This document shows positions 15,953 to 24,268 of a DNA stretch of 64,000 bases, piece after piece. The DNA is from a bacterium (GTDB taxonomy: Bacteria > Patescibacteriota > Minisyncoccia > Phycocordibacterales > UBA1006). Location of the stretch: NCBI GenBank assembly GCA_037144045.1, contig JBAWXN010000001.1, forward strand, positions 1,387-65,386, written 5' to 3'. Position numbers and translations under genes: made by a program. How positions within the stretch are numbered: the first letter of the stretch is position 1; each line of letters opens with the position of its first letter. The notes beneath the pieces are model-generated. The model saw only the letters and a program-made list of their open reading frames with translations, was not told where the DNA came from and did not search any database.

Positions 15953-18900
15953 ATGAAATTTTTTATACGAATCCTAATACTAGGAATGTTCTTTGTAACT
16001 GCTCACACTGCTTTTGCAGCTACTATTACCGTAAATACAACAACTCCTGGAATAGTAAGTGATGGAGAGTGTTCATTGTCAGAAGCGATTAATAACGTCA
16101 ATGGCAACAATGATACTTCAGGGGGAGATTGTGCATCCGGAGAAGCTCTCCCTGTTGTTGATCGTATCGAATTTGCAATTCCTGGTGCCGGTCCACACAC
16201 CATAGCAACCAATGCCCAGTTTGGGATTATGGAGGCTGTAGTTATTGATGGAACAACACAGCTAGGTACTGCGTGTCCTCTCGAAGGAGGACTGCGTCAG
16301 CTTCAGATTAACATTGACGGAGGGGGTATTTCTTCTTCGTCTAATATTTTTGATATTCCTCCTGGAGCAAACAACGTAACTATTAAGGGGTTAGCAATTT
16401 ATGGAAACGTATTTGGATCAGGTATTACTACGCAAGCAAACAATACTACGGTTCAATGTACAAACATCGGAACTGATAGTGATGGTTTAGTCGCGCATCC
16501 TAACTTGTATGGAATCAGTATTTATAATAACGGATTAGTGGCTACCTCTGGACATATATTTGGTGGTCCCAATCCGGGAGATGGAAATCTTGTCTCAGGT
16601 AATAACGTGACCAATTCAGGTAGTTTTTTTGACGGTACGGGTATTACTTGTTCGGCAAGTAATGTTTTGATTCAGGGAAACTGGATTGGAATTGATAGTA
16701 CGGGTCAGTCAATTCTAGCAAACAAAAATACAGGTATTCAGTGTGGTAATTCTGGTTCAGAGTTGATTACTTACGAGAATATTCAGATTCTCGACAATGT
16801 TATTTCTGGTAATGGAACAACGGGTGGTCAAAGTTTTTCTCCAGGTATTAATATTGGAGGTGCTGAAATTGGGGGAACCAACGAATTAATTACTAATTTG
16901 GTAATTAAAAGAAATATCATAGGTCTATCTGCTGATGGTTTGACTGCTATTCCCAATGAAGGCGATGGAATTTTTGTAGGAACTACTTCTTCTGCAGTGA
17001 CTATTGGTGGAATTGGTGATGGAAATATTCTTTCAGGGAACGGGGGGAACGGTTTAACATTGGGGTATGATGTTTCAAATATTCAGGTGCTAGGAAACAC
17101 TATCGGATTAAATGCTTTGGGTCTGGCCGCTATTCCTAATAGCCTGCAAGGTATTAGTTTTTCCCCACCCCTCTTTGTGGGTGGTGGTACTGTAACCAAT
17201 GTTACTATTGGAGGAACAAATATCGGAGAGGGAAATACGATTTCTTGCAACAACTCTGGCGGTATCAATATTCCTGCAAATACTAGTAATATCTCTATTA
17301 TCGGGAATACAATTGGTCCCAATAGTAGCGGACAGAATTGCGATACAGGATTACAAAGCGTTGGAATTTATGCTACTGGTACAACCAATCTTACTATTGA
17401 CGCTAACATAATTAAATATCGGTATCTAGCAATACGGATGTATGCACTTGGTGGTTCGTCCGCGATAAAAAATAATACTATTACAGACAACAATACGGGT
17501 ATTTCAATTGTTTCTTCTTCAACAGTCAATCCCATGGTGAGTGTTACGGGAAATAGTATTACAAATAATACTAATATGGGTATTGATCTTTCAATAGATG
17601 CGGACGACAATGGTGTCGGCGACAATATAGGAATTCAAAATACAAATGATATCAATGACACGGACAGTGGGCCAAATAATTATTTAAATCATCCTGTTGT
17701 TCTCATGACGTTACAAAATGGGGCAGATACGAGCGTCTTGTATGGGCTTGATGTCCCCGTGGGATACTATCGGGTAGAATTTTTCATCAACCCAACCAAC
17801 GGAGTAGATGCATCCGGATATGGAGAAGGAGAAGTATATAAAGGATTTTCAGTTATTACGAAATCAGCTTTGGGTTTTGAAACCTATAGCAAGATATTAA
17901 CGAATACAAATCTGAATGATGGTGTAACGGCGACAGTTACCGAATGTACTGATGCGTCTTGTACGAACTATATTGGCACTTCAGAATTTTCAAACACTGC
18001 ACCTCCAGGAGTTGACTACGATGCAACTGATTATACAGCGTCACACGTACTTAATACGGTTTACTTGGGTGCCTGTGTAAACGGTGATAATGGATCAAGT
18101 AGTAATACTGATGCCGATGGTCCCAATCAGGCTGGTGCGTATTTGGGTACGGGGCCGTGTATTGATGACCGAGATGGTGTAGTATTTGGTAGTTCGACTT
18201 CTGGTGGTATTACCCCAGCGTCAATATCTGGAGTCACTCTGTTTTCACAAGGTGGTGATTTTAGTGGAGCACTCAATGATATGACAGTTTCAGGAACATA
18301 TACGGGTGCGGATCATGTGAATGTGTTAGTTTTGATATTCTCTGTTTCTCCTGGGAATTCAGACGATGCAGATTATTTCCTTCCAGTGTTTAACATAGGA
18401 AGTGACTATTTAACTGGTTCTCCTACTAAAATTACTCCAGGAATTCCACAATCAATTGGATCAGGCGTATCTATCATGTTTCAAAATGGTACTGGTCACA
18501 CAGCATTTGATACTGGCTCAGGCACAGGTCCAGTTTTAGTTTTTAGTGCTAATAGTGAGAGCGAAGCATTTACTTTTACTCAAAATACGGGAACATTTCT
18601 TCCTGGAGCTACTACTGCTGTCCAAACTACCGCATCAGCAAATGGATATGTACATGTATGGTTAGATAGTAACAACGATGGCGATTTTCTAGACACGGGG
18701 GAACAGGTTGTTGAGAGTACTATCATAACTTCTGGAGAACATATTGTTAATTTTACTGCACCGATCCAGGCGGGAACCTATCCTGTACGGGTGCGGTATA
18801 CTTCATATGAAGATACCAATCTTGGTCCGACAGGACTTGCAAATGATGGTGAAGTAGAAGATTATCAACTTACGGTAGCTGTCCCGGTTTCTACTGCAGG

Positions 18901-19312
18901 AGGGTCTACGGGGTATCTTCCAAGGCTTGCATTTAAACCGGTTACAGTGCCGGCAGGTGTTTCATCAAATAATTCAGCAGAAGATATTTTGGGTTCAGGT
19001 ATCTGTTCAACAGAGCTTATTATTAAAGATCTTATGAAACAAGGAGATAGAAATGGTAAATATGGTGCTTATAATAAAAAAACAGTGAAAGACGTGAACC
19101 TTCTTCAAGTTCATATTAATCGAATACTTGCCGCCCAATACAACCAGGCAGCAGGTCCAACGGATGGAATTTTTGGAAAACTCACTAAGCGCGGGGTGGA
19201 ACGGTTGCAAACTGCACTCAATAGTTTCCTAAAGCCAGCACCAAAACTGAAAATAGATGGTGTTGTGGGTCCTTTTACTCGAGATGCGATTAATAATAGT
19301 TGTGGTAAATAA
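15953..19312 (+). CDS. giant secreted right-handed parallel beta-helix repeat protein with a GEVED domain and a C-terminal PG_binding_1-type peptidoglycan-binding domain
   Basis: Signal peptide MKFFIRILILGMFFVTAHTAFA. About 20 PbH1-like repeats (N..I.GN.IG.....G). ...DGEVEDYQLTV (GEVED motif). C-terminal LLQVHINRILAAQYNQAAGPTDGIFGKLTKRGVERLQ...IDGVVGPFTRDAIN resembles PG_binding_1. Confidence 0.7.
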   Translation: MKFFIRILILGMFFVTAHTAFAATITVNTTTPGIVSDGECSLSEAINNVNGNNDTSGGDCASGEALPVVDRIEFAIPGAGPHTIATNAQFGIMEAVVIDGTTQLGTACPLEGGLRQLQINIDGGGISSSSNIFDIPPGANNVTIKGLAIYGNVFGSGITTQANNTTVQCTNIGTDSDGLVAHPNLYGISIYNNGLVATSGHIFGGPNPGDGNLVSGNNVTNSGSFFDGTGITCSASNVLIQGNWIGIDSTGQSILANKNTGIQCGNSGSELITYENIQILDNVISGNGTTGGQSFSPGINIGGAEIGGTNELITNLVIKRNIIGLSADGLTAIPNEGDGIFVGTTSSAVTIGGIGDGNILSGNGGNGLTLGYDVSNIQVLGNTIGLNALGLAAIPNSLQGISFSPPLFVGGGTVTNVTIGGTNIGEGNTISCNNSGGINIPANTSNISIIGNTIGPNSSGQNCDTGLQSVGIYATGTTNLTIDANIIKYRYLAIRMYALGGSSAIKNNTITDNNTGISIVSSSTVNPMVSVTGNSITNNTNMGIDLSIDADDNGVGDNIGIQNTNDINDTDSGPNNYLNHPVVLMTLQNGADTSVLYGLDVPVGYYRVEFFINPTNGVDASGYGEGEVYKGFSVITKSALGFETYSKILTNTNLNDGVTATVTECTDASCTNYIGTSEFSNTAPPGVDYDATDYTASHVLNTVYLGACVNGDNGSSSNTDADGPNQAGAYLGTGPCIDDRDGVVFGSSTSGGITPASISGVTLFSQGGDFSGALNDMTVSGTYTGADHVNVLVLIFSVSPGNSDDADYFLPVFNIGSDYLTGSPTKITPGIPQSIGSGVSIMFQNGTGHTAFDTGSGTGPVLVFSANSESEAFTFTQNTGTFLPGATTAVQTTASANGYVHVWLDSNNDGDFLDTGEQVVESTIITSGEHIVNFTAPIQAGTYPVRVRYTSYEDTNLGPTGLANDGEVEDYQLTVAVPVSTAGGSTGYLPRLAFKPVTVPAGVSSNNSAEDILGSGICSTELIIKDLMKQGDRNGKYGAYNKKTVKDVNLLQVHINRILAAQYNQAAGPTDGIFGKLTKRGVERLQTALNSFLKPAPKLKIDGVVGPFTRDAINNSCGK

Positions 19313-19313
19313 A

Positions 19314-19333
19314 AAGCACCTACGGGTGTTTTT
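19314..19333 (+). terminator. intrinsic terminator (gcacc-tac-gggtg + TTTTTT)
   Basis: short GC hairpin plus T6 after the stop at 19312. Confidence 0.55.
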
Positions 19334-19392
19334 TGACTTACAGGAACGATTTTAGGTATAATAATCCTGTTTATCAAGATAACTAAAAAAAT

Positions 19393-20394
19393 ATGAAAGA
19401 AGCAATATCACTCGGTTCTGGTGCAGGAAACGAACAATTTAAACATACTCAAGACGGCAAAAAGTATTTATACGAAAAAGATGGTACTTTTTATGGAGGT
19501 GATTATATGGACGAACCACCGCAAGAACTTTTTATCGATGTTGGTTCGGCACCAGCAAGCCCTGCAAAATCATATCGCGAAATTGGTGCAGCTAACCGTG
19601 CAGCATTTAATGAAAAAATCGAGAAGAAAAAAACTTGGTTGAGTGGACTGTTTTCACGGTTTGGATCTAAAGTTAAAGATACTAAAGAATCAGCAATAGA
19701 TCATGCTTTTGCAACACGCCAGATGGCAGCTGATGGATATGAAGCAGTAGACAAGGGGATTCAAAAGATGGAAGACAAGATTGTATTTGGAAGTGAGGTT
19801 GCAGGTCGCGCAGCAGAACTTGCGGGTGCGTATGCAGCATACAAGGCCAAGGAAGGAATGGCTTCAGCTAACAAATTCATTGATAATCGTATTGTGAATC
19901 CTATTGATGCAAAAGTGCAAAAATTAGATGCGTACGTTGATAAAAAATGGGAACAAGGAAAAAACTATGCAGAACTTAAAAAACAACAAGGAGCTGCATG
20001 GATGAAAGACAAGGCGGAAACAGCTGCTGCAGTAGGAATTATTGGAGGATACATTGCAAAAGGGGTTGCAGGATCAATTAAAGAAGGATTCACTCAAAAA
20101 GTTGCAGAAGCGAAAGAAAAAGTTTCTCAAGGATATGAAAATGTTCTGGGAATGGGAGCTGCTGCTATTGCATCTGCTGAACAAAAACGAAAATCGTTGA
20201 TTTCTGGAGCGCGCGATAAATGGAACCAGATTCAACTCGGTTTCCTTAATCGACAACTTGCTAATGAACGAGCAAAAGCAGAAATGGCTCGAGAAGAACT
20301 CGAATCACGAGAAGCTAAAGCAAAGCTTATTGAACAAAAAATGGCACTTCTTAATACAGACTTCGTGGGGAATGCTCAGGAAGCAACTGCATAA
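19393..20394 (+). CDS. hypothetical Ala/Lys-rich helical protein
   Basis: long ORF with periodic A/K/E composition (apolipoprotein/LEA-like helices), no TM helices, no recognisable motif. Confidence 0.45.
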   Translation: MKEAISLGSGAGNEQFKHTQDGKKYLYEKDGTFYGGDYMDEPPQELFIDVGSAPASPAKSYREIGAANRAAFNEKIEKKKTWLSGLFSRFGSKVKDTKESAIDHAFATRQMAADGYEAVDKGIQKMEDKIVFGSEVAGRAAELAGAYAAYKAKEGMASANKFIDNRIVNPIDAKVQKLDAYVDKKWEQGKNYAELKKQQGAAWMKDKAETAAAVGIIGGYIAKGVAGSIKEGFTQKVAEAKEKVSQGYENVLGMGAAAIASAEQKRKSLISGARDKWNQIQLGFLNRQLANERAKAEMAREELESREAKAKLIEQKMALLNTDFVGNAQEATA

Positions 20395-20399
20395 TATAT

Positions 20400-20774
20400 A
20401 TGACAATACAAGAACTCATTCAAAAAATTACAGACAGTGTCCTTTCAGAAAGTGCTAAAAAGCAGATTATTGACCTTGCGGGTACTTATTCTGAAGTAAC
20501 TCCTGACCTTGAAGACCAGGTAAAAGCACTTATTCAAGAAGATATTGATCGCGACTTGGCTGCGCTTGGAGCTGACGAAAACAGTCCTGAAATTCAGGCA
20601 GTCCAAGCAGAACTCGAAGCTGGTTTGGCTGAAGTTGATGCTGAACTTGATCAAGATATGACCTATGTAGACCAAGAACTTAAAGAGCTTGATGCTATGC
20701 GCCTTGAAATTACTCGAGCCGAAGAAGCGCTTAAAATTGAACAATTACGGAATGATTTGACCGCTGGGTCATAA
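20400..20774 (+). CDS. hypothetical acidic coiled-coil protein
   Basis: 124 aa, very acidic, starts 6 nt after the upstream stop (likely co-transcribed). Confidence 0.4.
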   Translation: MTIQELIQKITDSVLSESAKKQIIDLAGTYSEVTPDLEDQVKALIQEDIDRDLAALGADENSPEIQAVQAELEAGLAEVDAELDQDMTYVDQELKELDAMRLEITRAEEALKIEQLRNDLTAGS

Positions 20775-20783
20775 TTCACCAAA

Positions 20784-20807
20784 AACCTCCTTGAAAAGAG
20801 GTTTTTG
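20784..20807 (+). terminator. intrinsic terminator (aacctc-cttgaaaag-gaggtt + TTTTT)
   Basis: 6-bp stem plus T5. Confidence 0.55.
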
Positions 20808-20819
20808 TGTAGGAAATAC

Positions 20820-20848
20820 TTGCCTTTTTTAGGAAAATAAGGTATGGT
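20820..20848 (+). promoter_or_regulatory. candidate promoter (TTGCCT -17- TATGGT) for rpsL-rpsG
   Basis: -35/-10-like hexamers with 17-nt spacing, about 185 nt upstream of rpsL. Confidence 0.3.
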
Positions 20849-21033
20849 GGTACGGTCTTTATATGGTAACTGTGGTTAATCCATGGATCATATGCTGGAC
20901 GATTTGAGGGGTATTGCTCCAAAAAATCAGTTTATACGCAACGAATAGTACTGAGGTGAGTACAAAAGGTAGTTTTAATTACTTATCCTTTATTCTCCAT
21001 CTCGTGTTCTCATTCACTAACTAATTAATATTA

Positions 21034-21453
21034 ATGCCAACCGTAAACCAATTAGTACGTAATCGACGAAAAAAGGTATCTACCCGTTCAAAAGCGGTAG
21101 CTCTTCGACGTGGATTCAACGCACTTGAAAACCATCCTACTTTTAACCCATCTCCATTCAAACGAGGAGTATGTACTAAAGTAACTACAACAACCCCTAA
21201 GAAGCCTAACTCTGCGGTTCGAAAGATTGCACGTGTTCGGTTAACGAACGGAATGGAAGTTACTGCATACATCCCAGGAATTGGACACAACCTCCAGGAA
21301 CACTCTGTGGTTATGATCCGAGGTGGACGTGTAAAGGACTTGATCGGGGTACGTTATACCGTAGTTCGAGGAGTTCTCGACGCGCAAGGAGTAGCTAAAC
21401 GAGCAAATGGTCGATCACGATACGGAGTTAAACGACCTAAGGCGGCTAAATAA
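21034..21453 (+). CDS. rpsL: 30S ribosomal protein S12
   Basis: [14 protein letters not shown]...PKKPNSA(V)RK(I)ARVRLTNG...KDLIGVRY S12 signature. Confidence 0.95.
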   Translation: MPTVNQLVRNRRKKVSTRSKAVALRRGFNALENHPTFNPSPFKRGVCTKVTTTTPKKPNSAVRKIARVRLTNGMEVTAYIPGIGHNLQEHSVVMIRGGRVKDLIGVRYTVVRGVLDAQGVAKRANGRSRYGVKRPKAAK

Positions 21454-21464
21454 GCTGAAAATAT

Positions 21465-21935
21465 ATGCGAAGAAAAGTAACCAATCGAAATATTCCTAAA
21501 CCAGACTCAGTATACGGATCTGCTAAACTTGCAAAGTTTACTAACGTAGTAATGTGGGATGGTAAAAAGGAAACCGCTCAAAAAATCATTAATGACGCTT
21601 TCAAAGTAATCAAGGAGAAAACAGAAACTGAAAACCCTCTTGAAATCTTCGAATTAGCTCTTAAAAACGCTGGTCCAACTGTAGAAGTACGATCACGACG
21701 AATCGGTGGTGCAAACTACCAAGTTCCTCGAGATGTACGTCCAGAACGACGACTTGCGCTTGCAACACGATGGATTATTGAAGCAGCTCGCTTGAAAAAG
21801 GGAGCACCAATGCACATTAAACTTGCTGATGAATTAATTGCAGCTTCAAAAAATGAAGGTTCTGCAGTTACTAAGCGAGACAACACCCACAAAATGGCAG
21901 AAGCTAACAAAGCATTTGCACACTTTACGTGGTAA
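21465..21935 (+). CDS. rpsG: 30S ribosomal protein S7
   Basis: position after rpsL; VMWDGKKETAQKIINDAF...VEVRSRRIGGANYQVP. Confidence 0.93.
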   Translation: MRRKVTNRNIPKPDSVYGSAKLAKFTNVVMWDGKKETAQKIINDAFKVIKEKTETENPLEIFELALKNAGPTVEVRSRRIGGANYQVPRDVRPERRLALATRWIIEAARLKKGAPMHIKLADELIAASKNEGSAVTKRDNTHKMAEANKAFAHFTW

Positions 21936-21944
21936 TGGAATAAA

Positions 21945-21967
21945 GTCCTCATGCGAGGGCTTTTTTC
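21945..21967 (+). terminator. intrinsic terminator between rpsG and fusA (gtcctc-atgc-gagggc + TTTTTT)
   Basis: 6-bp stem (one G.U) with tetraloop and T6. Confidence 0.55.
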
Positions 21968-22047
21968 TTGCAAAAATGCCTTTTTTACGGTACAGTGGTT
22001 GTCTTATTAGAGATTTTCAGGCCCGAATTATTACTTAAATTATACTT

Positions 22048-24198
22048 ATGAACCGAGATTACCCATTGGAAAAGACACGAAACTTTGGAGTTATTGCCCA
22101 CATCGATGCGGGTAAAACAACTACTTCAGAACGTATTTTGTTCTACACCGGAATGTCCCACAAAATTGGAGAAGTGCATGAAGGTGCAGCAACCATGGAC
22201 TGGATGGAACAAGAAAAAGAACGAGGAATTACTATTACGTCAGCAGCGACGACTTGTTTTTGGACGCCTACTTATGTGGCAGACAAAAAAGACACTGCTA
22301 AAAAATTCCGATTTAACGTAATCGATACCCCAGGTCACATCGACTTTACTATTGAAGTACGACGATCACTCCGCGTGCTCGACGGTGCTCTCGTAGTATT
22401 CGACGGAGTAGCTGGAGTAGAACCTCAATCAGAAACTAACTGGCGTTATGCCGATGAAGGAAAAGTTCCTCGCATTTGTTTCATTAACAAACTCGACCGA
22501 ACAGGAGCTTCATTTGAACGTTCATACGCATCTATTCTTGATCGTTTGACTAAAAGTGCGGTTCGATTCCAAATTCCAATTGGTGAAGAAGAAAAAATGG
22601 AAGGAGTAGTAGATCTTTTGAAAATGAAGGCGTACTATTTCGAAGGAAACATGGGAACTGATGTGATTGAAAAAGAAATCCCTGAAAATCTTAAAGCTGA
22701 TGCTGAAAAGTATCATGCAATCCTCGTTGAAAAAATCGTTGAACACGATGAAACTATGATGATGGAATTCCTTGATGGGAAAACAGATTTCGATATTGAA
22801 GCTCTTAAAAAAGTAGCTCGAAAAGCAACCATTGCGAACGATATTGTTCCTGTATTTGCAGGAACAGCGCTTAAAAATAAAGGGGTACAACTTGCACTCG
22901 ATGCGGTGGTAGATTATTTGCCAGCACCGACAGATTTGAAAGATAACAAAGGGGTTAATCCAGATACTGGAGCAGAAGAAACCCGAAAAGCATCAGATAA
23001 TGAACCGCTTTCTGCGCTTGCCTTTAAAATTGCAACGGACCCATTCGTAGGACAATTGGTATTCTTCCGTGTCTATTCAGGTACGCTTGAAGCAGGTTCA
23101 TATGTGTTAAACACTCGAACAGGTAACAAGGAACGTATTGGACGTATTTTGCGAATGCATGCCAACGAACGTGAAGAAGTGAAAAAGGTGTTTGCAGGGG
23201 AAATTGCTGCAGCAGTAGGACTTAAAGAAACTACTACTTCAGACACGCTCTGTGACCCAGCTCACCCAATCGTTCTCGAAGAAATCAAGATTCCAGAACC
23301 AGTAGTAAGTCTTAAGATTGAACCAAAAACAAAGGCAGACCAAGAAAAAATGGGTATGGCTTTGAACCGATTGGCAGCAGAAGACCCAACCTTCCGAGTA
23401 ACTACTGATCCTGAAACTGCAGATACTATTATCTGGGGAATGGGAGAACTTCACTTGGATATTATTGTGGATCGTATGAAGCGAGAATTTACCGTTGAAG
23501 CAAACGTGGGACGACCACAAGTAGCTTACAAGGAAACCATTACGGGAACTGCTGAAGTGGATAACAAATATGTTAAACAATCAGGAGGTAAAGGACAGTA
23601 CGGTCATGTTAAAATCCGTATCAAGCCTATGGACCTTACGGTAGATCCAGCTGATCTTCCTAAGAACACGAAGCGTTCAGAAGGATTTGAATTCATCAAC
23701 AACATTAAAGGAGGGGTTATTCCACAAGAATTTATCGCTCCTGTTGAAAAGGGATTGAAAGAAGGAATGCAGCGAGGTGTCCTTGCTGGATACCAAATGG
23801 TAAACATTTCAGCGGACTTGTTTGATGGGTCATACCACGATGTAGACTCAAGTGAAATTGCCTTTAAGGTTGCAGCGTCACAAGCAATGCAAGAAGCGCT
23901 TGCGAAAGCGTCTCCGGTTATCCTTGAACCGATGATGAAAGTTGAAGTAACCATCCCAGAAAAATTCTTGGGAGATATTACCGGAAACGTATCATCTAAA
24001 CGTGGAATGATTGAAGGGGTAGACGATCGAGGAATGGTGAAAGCGGTTCGTGCGATTATGCCACTTTCAGAAATGTTCGGATATATGAACTCACTTCGAT
24101 CAATGACCGAAGGACGAGGATCATTCACTATGGAATTTACCCGTTATGACATCGTTCCTAAGAACGTTGCTGACGAAATTATTTCAAAGCGAAAATAA
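22048..24198 (+). CDS. fusA: elongation factor G
   Basis: [20 protein letters not shown]...DTPGHIDF...NKLDR G-domain plus full-length EF-G domains II-V. Confidence 0.95.
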   Translation: MNRDYPLEKTRNFGVIAHIDAGKTTTSERILFYTGMSHKIGEVHEGAATMDWMEQEKERGITITSAATTCFWTPTYVADKKDTAKKFRFNVIDTPGHIDFTIEVRRSLRVLDGALVVFDGVAGVEPQSETNWRYADEGKVPRICFINKLDRTGASFERSYASILDRLTKSAVRFQIPIGEEEKMEGVVDLLKMKAYYFEGNMGTDVIEKEIPENLKADAEKYHAILVEKIVEHDETMMMEFLDGKTDFDIEALKKVARKATIANDIVPVFAGTALKNKGVQLALDAVVDYLPAPTDLKDNKGVNPDTGAEETRKASDNEPLSALAFKIATDPFVGQLVFFRVYSGTLEAGSYVLNTRTGNKERIGRILRMHANEREEVKKVFAGEIAAAVGLKETTTSDTLCDPAHPIVLEEIKIPEPVVSLKIEPKTKADQEKMGMALNRLAAEDPTFRVTTDPETADTIIWGMGELHLDIIVDRMKREFTVEANVGRPQVAYKETITGTAEVDNKYVKQSGGKGQYGHVKIRIKPMDLTVDPADLPKNTKRSEGFEFINNIKGGVIPQEFIAPVEKGLKEGMQRGVLAGYQMVNISADLFDGSYHDVDSSEIAFKVAASQAMQEALAKASPVILEPMMKVEVTIPEKFLGDITGNVSSKRGMIEGVDDRGMVKAVRAIMPLSEMFGYMNSLRSMTEGRGSFTMEFTRYDIVPKNVADEIISKRK

Positions 24199-24268
24199 TC
24201 CTGCCTCGCGTAAAGCTACGCAGGACACAAAATTTCCCATTGGGGGATTTTTTGTTACACTTATAAAT

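Noticed and set aside
24146-24268. Upstream extension of the fibre-protein ORF overlapping the last 50 nt of fusA
   Set aside because: The paralog at 26740 begins about 14 aa before the signal-peptide hydrophobic core; the equivalent start here is ATG 24269, so the extension is unnecessary and overlaps fusA
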